From: a virus
Lineage: Duplodnaviria > Caudoviricetes
IMG/VR virus record: IMGVR_UViG_3300021966_000003
Coordinates: 1-58,207 of that record
Reading direction: 5' to 3' (one strand)
Length of the DNA stretch: 58,207 nt
Part shown: in pieces, positions 9,639 through 18,655 of the stretch
Position numbering within the stretch: the first letter of the stretch is position 1
How the letters are laid out: each line of letters opens with the position of its first letter
Position numbers and translations under genes: made by a program
The notes under the pieces: generated by a model
Database searches by the model: none
The model's input: only the letters and a program-made list of their open reading frames with translations
Told to the model about the DNA's origin: nothing

Positions 9639-9675
9639 ATTATATAACAAAAAATAGCCCCCGTCAAGGGACTAT
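9639..9675 (-). promoter_or_regulatory. Overlapping terminator and promoter
   Basis: ATAGTCCC-TTGACG-GGGGCTAT-T run, TATAAT at 17 nt. Confidence 0.75.
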
Positions 9676-9680
9676 CGTGA

Positions 9681-10418
9681 TTAATCATAAAATACTGCAT
9701 CCGATGCAGGACCATTGTCTTTCAAAATTCCTAACGCAAGCCTAATATCATCCTTTGTTAATTGACTTTCTTGAAACTGCGCCATGATCCCAGCTGTCTT
9801 TTGTAACGCTAGTCCGGCTTCTTTAATACTTTTGTGGATCAAATATTTTTTGAGTTCTTCTTGTAATTCTTTTAATTGTCCTGTAAGCTTAACAAGGTCG
9901 TTGATATTAATATCATATACTTCAATACTAATATTTTCTTCTTCGATAAGAATATTGTTTAACGAATCTCCATAATCATCGGTAGTCGTAACATAAATAT
10001 TGTTGCCGTTTTGGATATTAAAGTCATAATTATCGAAGTATTCATCGAATACTCGTGCTACTGAAATTTCAAGTTGACCTTTTGCTGAAATAACTTCTAA
10101 GTGAGGGGCTTCGAACTGTTTATCATACTCATTAATTTCTTTTAGTAACATAAATTCAAAACTATCCGAGGCCATTTCATCAAACGTAATATAATATGAA
10201 CCGCCACCGACCACATTCTCAACATCGTCCTGTACAAAGATATAGTCTTTCGTTACAGTTAGATCAATGGTGATTAATTCTCCAAAATATTCTGATACGC
10301 CTGAGACAAATAATTTCAAACCTGATTCAACTTGTACACTTGAACTTCGTACAAAGTCATACCCGAATTCATTCACTAACAAGATTTTTAAGTCTTCCAT
10401 CAATGTTTTCTTATCCAT
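9681..10418 (-). CDS. Hypothetical protein
   Basis: Long ORF in operon. Confidence 0.75.
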   Translation of the reverse strand: MDKKTLMEDLKILLVNEFGYDFVRSSSVQVESGLKLFVSGVSEYFGELITIDLTVTKDYIFVQDDVENVVGGGSYYITFDEMASDSFEFMLLKEINEYDKQFEAPHLEVISAKGQLEISVARVFDEYFDNYDFNIQNGNNIYVTTTDDYGDSLNNILIEEENISIEVYDININDLVKLTGQLKELQEELKKYLIHKSIKEAGLALQKTAGIMAQFQESQLTKDDIRLALGILKDNGPASDAVFYD

Positions 10419-10434
10419 TCTTATTCCTGCTTTC

Positions 10435-10734
10435 TTATTGTTTATTATATTCGGCAATCATTTGACGAATTTCATCAGATGAGTTAGGGTTAAAGTTTTC
10501 ATATGAATGAATATTAAAGTCTGCGTTTCCCTCGCTATCCTCAAAAGTAACCCGATCTTCTGAAAAAGTAAACTTAGCTTCTTTATCAACGTTGGTATTT
10601 ACAGCTTTAATTATCATGACGGCATAATCGGGATCATCTGTATTAAAGTCATCTTCTAAAATAAACCACCCCTTCATATTTACAAAACGATGTGTTGCTG
10701 TGAAAATTTCATAAAAAAGCGTCGGATTAATCAT
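10435..10734 (-). CDS. Hypothetical protein
   Basis: GGAGGGG RBS before MINP. Confidence 0.65.
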   Translation of the reverse strand: MINPTLFYEIFTATHRFVNMKGWFILEDDFNTDDPDYAVMIIKAVNTNVDKEAKFTFSEDRVTFEDSEGNADFNIHSYENFNPNSSDEIRQMIAEYNKQ

Positions 10735-11318
10735 TACATCCCCTCCCATACTCGTTGCTGTTCTTTTCCTCGACCCATCAATTCAGATATTTCGTCAAAG
10801 TCTTTAAGGACATCTTCTAGCAGGATGACTTCATTTCCATATCCATCGTTAGCACGAGTGCCATCAGGCGTAATATGGATGTAAGTTAACTCATTTGACA
10901 AGGTACTTGCCCGCAAACAAACATCCGTGGCGTCGTATCCTACGCCTATTGTAATGACTACACCATAGTCTTGCATAATGTTCATCATCAATTGAGTAAT
11001 GTCTTCGATACTGACGGGGTCGCCAAGATCCTTACTCCCCCGTGTATCATTATCTTCATTTTCTATGATTATTTTTAAGATTTCCCCTATTGTATCAAAA
11101 AAATAAGCAGTGAGTAACGGCACATGGTGGTTGGATTCTAGCAGATCTCGACTAACTCCGCCTTTCGAAATATCAATTAAACCCTGTGGAGATGATACAA
11201 ATAAGTGTGGGTCATTCCCATCAAACCCAACTCCTTCAATATTTGTAAACGGAATATCTTGTTTATCCAATTCTCCCATTAATACCCGAATAATATTTTT
11301 ACTCATCGTCTTTTTCAT
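10734..11318 (-). CDS. Hypothetical protein
   Basis: ORF in tightly packed operon. Confidence 0.7.
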   Translation of the reverse strand: MKKTMSKNIIRVLMGELDKQDIPFTNIEGVGFDGNDPHLFVSSPQGLIDISKGGVSRDLLESNHHVPLLTAYFFDTIGEILKIIIENEDNDTRGSKDLGDPVSIEDITQLMMNIMQDYGVVITIGVGYDATDVCLRASTLSNELTYIHITPDGTRANDGYGNEVILLEDVLKDFDEISELMGRGKEQQRVWEGM

Positions 11319-11694
11319 ATCCTTCTATTTCTTCATAGGCGTCGTTTAAGCTTTCGTTAATTGATGGAGCTATGATAGATGTTTTTGGTACGGTGCGTGT
11401 CACAATTGAGAACCTGTTATAGCAATGCGGGCATAGATAAACTACCGTTTCAGAAAATGTTTGGTCTTCATTAAAATGGGGGTCATACCCCATACCAACG
11501 CTACGCTCAATAAAGTCTGTCCCACACTTGAAACATTTAACGTGGGCTGCGGTCCAAGTGTCGGGATCAAAATTAACGAATGTGTTACCATTGTAAACGT
11601 AGATTTCTTGTAATTCATTACCGAATACATCGTGAATTACCTTTAAGCTTTCATTACTTCGTAGTTTGTCAACTAAAAATCGTGAGTCTGCCAT
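11299..11694 (-). CDS. Zinc-binding hypothetical protein
   Basis: CFKC...CPHC. Confidence 0.7.
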   Translation of the reverse strand: MADSRFLVDKLRSNESLKVIHDVFGNELQEIYVYNGNTFVNFDPDTWTAAHVKCFKCGTDFIERSVGMGYDPHFNEDQTFSETVVYLCPHCYNRFSIVTRTVPKTSIIAPSINESLNDAYEEIEGYEKDDE

Positions 11695-11697
11695 TAT

Positions 11698-11985
11698 TTA
11701 ATTCCTTTCTCGTTTTAATCCATTGGGATATAGTATGTTAAATTCCTTTTTATACCAAGAACTATATCGCTCAATAACGTCAAGTTCATCCAAGTCATTC
11801 ATTTCACGCCACATTTGACCCAACATGTTCTCACTGTTCTTTTGCCCCACAATTTCATTAATTACCTGCATCGGGGACATATCATTACCTTCTCGTGTAA
11901 GGTTTACCATAGCTTGGAACATAAATATTTGTTCTGGAATTGTATGATCTGCATATTTAGTTCTACCATTTACGTCTTGGGACAT
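11698..11985 (-). CDS. Hypothetical protein
   Basis: GAGGA RBS before MSQD. Confidence 0.65.
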   Translation of the reverse strand: MSQDVNGRTKYADHTIPEQIFMFQAMVNLTREGNDMSPMQVINEIVGQKNSENMLGQMWREMNDLDELDVIERYSSWYKKEFNILYPNGLKRERN

Positions 11986-12301
11986 CTTTAGTTTCCTCAA
12001 CTTTTTTAGTTAATAGAAAGATTCTTAAATCATCTGAATCTGTCACGTGTATCTTTTGATAATTATAAAACATAACAATACTATCTGGAGCAGTGTCTTC
12101 ATAAATAAAATATCCAGTATCCAAGACGATTACATACGTGCCTTGTGATCCATCAATAACATCCTGCCGCACATCATTTAATTCAACCTGTTCTGCTTCC
12201 CATATCTCATCACGATAAAGCGGGGATATCTTTTGTTTTAATATTTGTAAATTTCCATAACCATTCCCGTACAGAATACCAGATTTCTTAGAAAAGTACA
12301 T
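11963..12301 (-). CDS. Hypothetical protein
   Basis: AGGAGGTGA RBS before MYFS. Confidence 0.7.
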   Translation of the reverse strand: MYFSKKSGILYGNGYGNLQILKQKISPLYRDEIWEAEQVELNDVRQDVIDGSQGTYVIVLDTGYFIYEDTAPDSIVMFYNYQKIHVTDSDDLRIFLLTKKVEETKDVPRRKW

Positions 12302-12357
12302 TCTATCACCTCCTACAAATAATATTATATCATGACATACGCAAAAAAGCAAGCCAA

Positions 12358-12588
12358 TTAAGACTTACTTTCAAGGTGTTCTTTAACTTTCATGAGCACT
12401 TCTTGTAATACTTCTACTTCTTCAATATCCGTCAACCCATCAAAATATTTAAAAGCTTCTGGGTGGTTTTCAGAGTCATTAAATCCAGCATTAATTGCTT
12501 GTGACGTGGCTGTAATTGGATAGCTAAATTCTAACGATTTAAGATATTGTTCATAAAATACATTAACTAACTCTTCTCGACTAGTCAA
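12358..12588 (-). CDS. Hypothetical protein
   Basis: TTG start after GAGGTGA. Confidence 0.6.
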   Translation of the reverse strand: MTSREELVNVFYEQYLKSLEFSYPITATSQAINAGFNDSENHPEAFKYFDGLTDIEEVEVLQEVLMKVKEHLESKS

Positions 12589-12922
12589 TTAACTTCACCT
12601 CAATATCATACATCGGTACTTCAAGTGTCTTTGGTAATGTTTTGTAGGCTGGGGTACCCTCGCTACCATAAACAGTTGTCACAGATTTTGTTTTTTTTGC
12701 AATTAGCTTAACGATCTTTCCTGAACCGTGTAACCGTTCGATTTTGTCGTATCCTTGCTCTGATAAATATTGAGTTAAGATTGTTGCGATCAATTCTCGT
12801 TTATTAACCGTAATATTTAAATTTTCATCTACCTTAAATAGATCTATAATATTATTGAATGCTGTCGCAAACGATTTTGAGTATTCATATTCTTCCTCTG
12901 ACATTAATACCTTTTTTTCCAT
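12581..12922 (-). CDS. Hypothetical protein
   Basis: GGAGG RBS. Confidence 0.7.
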   Translation of the reverse strand: MEKKVLMSEEEYEYSKSFATAFNNIIDLFKVDENLNITVNKRELIATILTQYLSEQGYDKIERLHGSGKIVKLIAKKTKSVTTVYGSEGTPAYKTLPKTLEVPMYDIEVKLID

Positions 12923-13105
12923 GATTTTCCTCCATTTTTTAACTTTTTAGAAAAATGACCTCGTGAGAGCTTCTGTGAGACGTTCTAAAACTTGAAACGT
13001 ATAATTAGTCTCAACAAACATTAATCATGCACACGTGAACTGTGAAGGGTATTCCAAGAAGCCCTGTCATCTATGTTATCGGTGTTCATTTTTCATCCAT
13101 AAAAT

Positions 13106-13294
13106 CTACCTTTTATTTAAATCTCTACCACATATCGGGCAATAATTGATTGCATCAGCAGCAAACCCTCTGCTTGTACTCATTTCGATCCAATAATACC
13201 CTTCATCATCTTTGTAAACAATTGTCTCCCAATCTAACTCTTCAATTATTGGTTTCGGTGATATACCACAGTATTCACACTGTTCTTCTGTCAA
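13106..13294 (-). CDS. Small zinc-finger protein
   Basis: CEYC...NYCPICGRDL. Confidence 0.7.
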   Translation of the reverse strand: MTEEQCEYCGISPKPIIEELDWETIVYKDDEGYYWIEMSTSRGFAADAINYCPICGRDLNKR

Positions 13295-13415
13295 TTAAAA
13301 TACCCCTATCTACGAAAATTGTCAATGTCACTATATAGCATAAAACATAGTACAAACGCCAATGCAATAATTGTAGTAATAGCGACTGCCGCTTCTGTAA
13401 TTGTCATAATTGCTC

Positions 13416-13739
13416 CTACTTTCCTTTTACATATACAAGAGTGCCGGTAGTAGAATTTGCAATTCGGGGCGTCAATGTTGTTGAGACCGACACTCCATAT
13501 CCACTGCTGGCACCAGTAACAGTAGTTTTAATATATTCAATTTTTGTTTGTCGATCCATCAAGATTTCAATAACGGTTGTGTTGGATTCTTAACGGATTA
13601 CATCACGACTAATTGTTTTAAACGCAGTTGTGTTTTGAGATAAACTTGTTGTCTTTGCTGGAACAGTATTTGTTTCTCCTTTATTACACCCTACTAAAAG
13701 TAATACTGGTAATAATAAAGCAACTAACATTTTCTTCAT
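13416..13739 (-). pseudogene. Lipoprotein (DUF6440-like) interrupted by in-frame TAA at 13590
   Basis: Lipobox LLVGC; frame continues *ESNTTVIEILMDRQTKIEYI...LTPRIANSTTGTLVYVKGK to TAG at 13416. Confidence 0.7.
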
Positions 13740-13749
13740 TCTTATCCCC

Positions 13750-13947
13750 CTAAAATGGTAAGCGTTCTTCATCTTTTACTTCGTATACAACTAAAGCTGT
13801 AACATAATTTGCTCCTCCGTACCGGTCTTTTGTACGAAAAGTTGACATAGTGACAATACTAATATTAGGTGATCCTTCTAACCATTCATTGATTGTTCTT
13901 GAAAGTTTGTTTAATCCTTGTTCTTGAAAATATGTTGTTCTTTGCAT
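13750..13947 (-). CDS. Hypothetical protein
   Basis: AGGAG RBS. Confidence 0.65.
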   Translation of the reverse strand: MQRTTYFQEQGLNKLSRTINEWLEGSPNISIVTMSTFRTKDRYGGANYVTALVVYEVKDEERLPF

Positions 13948-13957
13948 AATAATTCTC

Positions 13958-14206
13958 CTATTCTAAATAACCGTCATAAATAGTCAGCGAAGTTGGTTCG
14001 TCTCTATTTTCTTTATTTACGATAACGCCAAACTTAACTGTATTTACAAGCAATAACATATCTTCAAACTCAAAATTATCAATATAAGACTCTGGTATTG
14101 AAAATAGTCCAGCCTTCAATGATAATTTAAACCCGGCTTCTTCTAAAGCTTCTCCATAATCTTCCGTTACATTACTACTATATGCCGTTTTAATTCTTAT
14201 CTTCAT
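13958..14206 (-). CDS. Hypothetical protein
   Basis: Start at MKIR; ends LTIYDGYLE. Confidence 0.65.
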   Translation of the reverse strand: MKIRIKTAYSSNVTEDYGEALEEAGFKLSLKAGLFSIPESYIDNFEFEDMLLLVNTVKFGVIVNKENRDEPTSLTIYDGYLE

Positions 14207-14377
14207 TCTTCTTTTCCTCTTGATATTTCCCGTGATCATCCACAACAGTGAATAATACTCCGATTAATGTAACAACAACAAACACTCCTAACATACTAAC
14301 TAATCTCCTTTTAGGATGCTAATATTAATAGTTCTAACATTTTCTCTGATACTTCTGACATGCCGTTCCTCCTAAGC

Positions 14378-14632
14378 CTAACTGATGATAACGCTTGGAT
14401 AATTCCCATCATTAGATAAACAATACTTAACACGATAACCCAATGCAATAAGTTTGTTTTCAATATTTCTTGTTAAGTAATCTCCAGATCTATCAATTAA
14501 TCCAAAATCGCTTACTTCAATCATAATTTCACGCTGTCCCTGAGAGACATCTTTCAAAAGGTCTCCAATTACGTCTTCCCAACTTTTAGCTTTCGTACCT
14601 GTAGTTAATCTCATCGTTTCTGCACTTAACAT
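14378..14632 (-). CDS. Hypothetical protein, paralog of the C-terminus of 15715..16149
   Basis: LSAETMRLTTG vs PSAKTMRRITG; ENKLIALGY vs EKTLYDLGF. Confidence 0.7.
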   Translation of the reverse strand: MLSAETMRLTTGTKAKSWEDVIGDLLKDVSQGQREIMIEVSDFGLIDRSGDYLTRNIENKLIALGYRVKYCLSNDGNYPSVIIS

Positions 14633-14687
14633 ACTATTTTCCTCCTATTCAATAACCATAGTATAACATACATTTAATTGTATGTAA

Positions 14688-14714
14688 AGAAAAAGAGAGG
14701 CAGCTGCCTCTCTT
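14688..14714 (-). terminator. Intrinsic terminator
   Basis: AAGAGAGGCA-GC-TGCCTCTCTT inverted repeat with T tail on minus strand. Confidence 0.65.
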
Positions 14715-14720
14715 AATTAA

Positions 14721-14942
14721 CTATTTTGGAATTGCCAACACTGCATATAACTTGGCGCTAATTGTGATGGGGGCACCATCGTCTGTAAAACTTAATGATA
14801 CAATCCGTGTGTTATCCCAAGTTTCTGAATCAAGTGCATAGGCGCCTTTGATTTCTTCAAATACTTCGTGTGCTTTTAATGGATCAACTAAGATTGTAGT
14901 AACTGATCCATCTTCTTGAATAAAGTCCATTAGGTAATTCAT
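14721..14942 (-). CDS. Hypothetical protein
   Basis: Coupled ORF. Confidence 0.65.
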   Translation of the reverse strand: MNYLMDFIQEDGSVTTILVDPLKAHEVFEEIKGAYALDSETWDNTRIVSLSFTDDGAPITISAKLYAVLAIPK

Positions 14943-15172
14943 TATTCTTCGCCCTCCCGTTTGATTAGAGTGAATACAAAATCATTGGCTTCGATAACTA
15001 ACTGACTACCATTCTTTCGTGAATGATATTCAAGTTCACCATCTTCTGGTACAGAATTTTCAATTTCTTTTACTAAAGCAACATATGCTGACTGATATGA
15101 ATTGAAGTACCGGATGATATCTGACTGATAGACGTCAAAGTTTTCTACTCGTAATTCATAAAATTCTTTCAT
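14942..15172 (-). CDS. Hypothetical protein
   Basis: Coupled ORF. Confidence 0.65.
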   Translation of the reverse strand: MKEFYELRVENFDVYQSDIIRYFNSYQSAYVALVKEIENSVPEDGELEYHSRKNGSQLVIEANDFVFTLIKREGEE

Positions 15173-15480
15173 TCATCTGCCTCCATATCATCAAACGATC
15201 GTTGCACCCAGTCTAGCATCATTTCACGTGCTAAAGGAATATTACCTTCTGTTCGATCAATGAGTGACATTGCCGTTGCTGAGAAGAGGGCTACAAGTGT
15301 TTCGTCTTCGTCCATTGTGCTAGCTAATCCAGCTGGGACGTCATCACGTAAGTTGATTAAGACTTGTTCATCGCCATCACGAACATCTAGGTCCTCTGCA
15401 AACGTTCCGCCTAAATCAGACACTTCTTCTTCTGGAAAGTCGTTATCAATTCCACTCATAAAATCATCAATTGCGCTCAT
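15169..15480 (-). CDS. Acidic hypothetical protein
   Basis: Coupled ORF with AAGGA RBS. Confidence 0.7.
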   Translation of the reverse strand: MSAIDDFMSGIDNDFPEEEVSDLGGTFAEDLDVRDGDEQVLINLRDDVPAGLASTMDEDETLVALFSATAMSLIDRTEGNIPLAREMMLDWVQRSFDDMEADE

Positions 15481-15482
15481 AA

Positions 15483-15701
15483 TTATTCCTTCCCTTCATC
15501 GTCGGTATCATCGTCGTCTTCAAATTATTCTAATAAATTGCGCAAAGTATCTACCGGATCTTCATCGCTGTTTTGAATTACTGCTGATGCAAATGCGATA
15601 CCCAAGTAGGCTGCTACTTCGTAAATATCGAAGTCTTCCGCATCAATCCCTACTGGACGACCATCTTTAACTTCAATTACCACTTTACCTGTTTTCATCA
15701 T
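15483..15701 (-). CDS. Small protein, possibly with premature TAA at 15525
   Basis: MMKTGKVVIEVKDG...RNLLE*FEDDDDTDDEGKE*; second stop abuts the next ATG. Confidence 0.55.
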
Positions 15702-15714
15702 TATTCCCCCTGTA

Positions 15715-16149
15715 TTATGCCCAAATAATTTCTACATACTGCACTTGAACGTCATCATCTTCTGTGAATCCATAGTTATAAGTTAATTCAAATCCTAAGT
15801 CATATAATGTCTTCTCGTTATCTCCAGTTAAGTGAAAGTAATCAGTACGATCATTAGGGGCGAATTCATTAATGTTAATTCTAACAGATCGTCCATTTTC
15901 TAAAGAACCATTCAACGCTTTCCAGATAACCTGATCGAATGGCGCTGGTTGATGACCGGTAATTCGTCTCATTGTTTTTGCACTTGGAAACCCCTTAACA
16001 GATGGATTTAAATGAAGGCTATTTTTCTTTTGCGTCAGATGGTCTGATTCTTTTTCTTTCCTATCTTGTCGATTGCTAGCAATGACAGCATAGATAATAA
16101 CTACCAAGAATGCTAATAATTGAATGAAGTGTTGTTCGTTGAGTGCCAT
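15715..16149 (-). CDS. Membrane-anchored hypothetical protein
   Basis: N-terminal hydrophobic helix; AGGAG RBS. Confidence 0.7.
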   Translation of the reverse strand: MALNEQHFIQLLAFLVVIIYAVIASNRQDRKEKESDHLTQKKNSLHLNPSVKGFPSAKTMRRITGHQPAPFDQVIWKALNGSLENGRSVRININEFAPNDRTDYFHLTGDNEKTLYDLGFELTYNYGFTEDDDVQVQYVEIIWA

Positions 16150-16168
16150 GATATTCTCCTTTTTTTTA

Positions 16169-16873
16169 TTAAATATATTTCCATTCGCTACCGTCTAGCG
16201 GCTTTCTTTGCCCTTTTGCATACCTTGAAATTGTACTTTTTCCTAACCCCATGAACTTCGTAGCTTCTGAAACTGACCTAAATCTATTGATTTCTAACCC
16301 ATCTTTATATTGAGCAACAGGTTTGCTATTCTTTTCGCCAATAATCCTTGCTGCGCATTTAGGGCACCCATGACCGTGAGTAACAGAGTCACTCGTCGCC
16401 GCCCAATTGTTGCTGCACACTTTACACTCCCATAAACATTTTGTCATGGCGTTGTAATACCCTTCTACATAAAAGATACTTGAATTAATAGTTTTTGCTT
16501 TTTCAACCATTGTCCCAACACTTTGAACCTAAGAATCATGATTACGCTTTTTAGCAATTGGCTCACTGTTATTATATTGATAAGTACACCACATTAGATT
16601 GCTTGCATTATTGTTAAACGGATTACCATCAATATGATGGACTACAGTGTTGATTTCAGAGTGAGGATTTGGGATAAACGCTTCTGCTACCAAACGGTGA
16701 ACCTTATAAAAATGTTTATTATCAAGACGAACTGTTAGTCGTTTTGATTCTCCACTTCCAGTAAAATATTCAGGTACTGCTTTCCTATTATCAGAACACC
16801 TAACACAACCATCCGAACAAACTTCAAAATTTTTTATTTTTCCAATAATCGGCACCCAAATCCTATGTTCCAT
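16169..16873 (-). pseudogene. NUMOD4-HNH-zinc ribbon-NUMOD1 endonuclease split by one in-frame TAG at 16529
   Basis: ORFs 16529..16873 and 16169..16510 are in frame: HDS*VQSVGTMVEK vs HDTMVQGEQAMVEQ in 44367..45059. Confidence 0.85.
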
Positions 16874-17063
16874 ATCGCATTCCTCCTGTTTCGTCTGTTC
16901 TGTGAAAAGAATGTTTTGCGTCCCATTTCATAGGGTTCCCAGATTGTGGTGGTACACGAGAGTTAACGTGAGCATTACTTTTAATATTACTTGGATTTTC
17001 AGCTCCATAAATACCTAATTTTTCCTGAGTCTTCATTGATACTGGTTTAAATTTCATGGGCAT
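16863..17063 (-). CDS. Hypothetical protein
   Basis: GGAGGT RBS; a start at the nearby ATG is possible. Confidence 0.55.
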   Translation of the reverse strand: MPMKFKPVSMKTQEKLGIYGAENPSNIKSNAHVNSRVPPQSGNPMKWDAKHSFHRTDETGGMRYGT

Positions 17064-17313
17064 TACCTCCCGTAAGTACGATCGTTGTATTCACCTCATA
17101 GAATTTATCTGTTACCCCAATCAAATACGCTTCTTTAACAGCTGTCGCTAACGTTTTAGTCTCAATGGTCGTTTCTTCCGCTAAATCGTATAGTGCTTTT
17201 TCATAAATATACATAGTAACTTCTTTTTCTTGCAGGTGTGGATCTCGTTCGTTTAGTCTGCGAAGCTTCTCCTGAACACCTTTTAATCCTGTACCTCTAA
17301 GTGTGATTTCCAT
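17047..17313 (-). CDS. Hypothetical protein
   Basis: AAGGA RBS before MEIT. Confidence 0.65.
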   Translation of the reverse strand: MEITLRGTGLKGVQEKLRRLNERDPHLQEKEVTMYIYEKALYDLAEETTIETKTLATAVKEAYLIGVTDKFYEVNTTIVLTGGNAHEI

Positions 17314-17341
17314 ATCTGTTTCCTTCTTTCTAGTTAGTGCG

Positions 17342-17488
17342 CTATTTACGTTTTTTACGATGATTGCGTTTCTTCCCACCCCACCGACCTTTTCTATATA
17401 GTCCTTTATCACCGTGCTTGCTAGCATACTTATTAAATTTAGCATTGGCCTCATCCATCACCCTGTTATGATCTTCAATAACTCCCAT
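17342..17488 (-). CDS. 48-aa peptide with Arg/Lys-rich C-terminus
   Basis: AGGAGGTGA RBS; MGVIEDHNRVMDEANAKFNKYASKHGDKGLYRKGRWGGKKRNHRKKRK. Confidence 0.7.
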   Translation of the reverse strand: MGVIEDHNRVMDEANAKFNKYASKHGDKGLYRKGRWGGKKRNHRKKRK

Positions 17489-17518
17489 TGCACTCACCTC
17501 CTATTAGTTAATAAATAT

Positions 17519-17547
17519 ATTATAGCATCTTTATATTAATGAGTCAA
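17519..17547 (-). promoter_or_regulatory. Leftward sigma70 promoter
   Basis: TTGACT-17-TATAAT with extended -10 TG. Confidence 0.8.
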
Positions 17548-17611
17548 CCTACTTGTTTATTTAATTTATACGTGATACAATAGTATTATACAATAAAGTA
17601 ATACTATTTAG

Positions 17612-17640
17612 TTGACTTTTAGTATGTTATGTGTTGTAAT
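17612..17640 (+). promoter_or_regulatory. Rightward promoter in front of the putative ncRNA
   Basis: TTGACT-17-TGTAAT; a second candidate TTGTTT-17-TACAAT at 17553-17581. Confidence 0.6.
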
Positions 17641-17660
17641 TAACTTACAATTAAATACAA

Positions 17661-18271
17661 AAGTTCAAGGCTGTTGTTTTATCAATGGTAACCGGTCCGA
17701 TGTGCATCGTTAAGTACATGTACGTCCGAGAGAAACTTTAGATGAGATTGAAGACTCTTGGAAAGACGTTAGCCGAGTAAAGCGGTCAAGCTCGGTACCT
17801 GTAGAGCATTCACTTCGTTGTGTTTGTATCAATACGGGACGCTAACGCTTCTATAAAGTAGTGATATTTGATAGGGGTTATGCAGAAAAGACGGCGGCGA
17901 GGAAACGCTTGTGAGCAACATATCGGTCCTTTAGGATTTATCTGCCCCATGATGAGGGTGACACTTTTAGGATGACGATTCACAGGTGAGGGAAGCATAT
18001 AGCAACTCATTCAAGCGTATATGGAAACAGCGCAATACCGAAGGGGCTTCATGCCGGTATGAAAAGTTTGAGGATTATCTGAAATGATAATCATAGTCAA
18101 TCTCTTATGACGACGGGTTCTCAGTGTTCGAACTCTCGAAATTACTAATTGTCCTTTAGTCTCTTTAGTGCGCTCTAAAATAAGTTCACTTTTAGTAGCA
18201 GGCAATTAGTATATTTCCTCTAGGAAACTCGTATTCAAACTCTCACATTAGCCCAGCTTGGTCTTGATCTT
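17661..18271 (+). ncRNA. Candidate large structured ncRNA, about 610 nt
   Basis: No credible ORF; upstream promoter; ends pair (AAGTTCAAGGCT / GGTCTTGATCTT); at least eight internal helices found by eye. Confidence 0.6.
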
Positions 18272-18467
18272 AATTACTTATCTTTTGATTAATTGATTAT
18301 TAATTAAGTTAACTTAAAACGGTTTACATAATACTAGCGTAACGTAGCAACAGAGAGGATAAGAATTATCGTTAACACGAAGACATACAGTATAGTAATA
18401 GAGCATCTCAACCAAGCCGGTTTCTAAGGCGTAAACATTCGCACTATACATACAAGGAGGTGATTAA

Positions 18468-18578
18468 ATGATTAATGGGAGTAATCCGCTAAAGGATAAT
18501 TATAAATCTGTAGAAGAACAGTCCAAACAATTGAAAAGATTATTAGAAATTGTTGAATTTCCTAAGAAGAAAAAGTAA
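18468..18578 (+). CDS. 36-aa peptide ending PKKKK
   Basis: AAGGAGGTGA RBS; MINGSNPLKDNYKSVEEQSKQLKRLLEIVEFPKKKK. Confidence 0.55.
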   Translation: MINGSNPLKDNYKSVEEQSKQLKRLLEIVEFPKKKK

Positions 18579-18655
18579 TTAATAATGTAAACTATTGTTG
18601 ACTTATATGTATTTTCGTGCTATAATGGTATTATTGATAGGAAAGGAATGATAAT

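Noticed and set aside
8343-16531. Genome-wide amber recoding
   Set aside because: TAG ends normal genes (22413, 38307, 39343), two lesions are TAA, and no suppressor tRNA was seen
17810-18205. Two short minus-strand ORFs in the putative RNA
   Set aside because: No RBS, atypical composition, antisense to the promoter
17661-18271. tmRNA, RNase P, group II intron or CRISPR array
   Set aside because: No tRNA-like CCA end, no GAGGAAAGUCC, no GUGCG start or interrupted gene, no repeat-spacer periodicity
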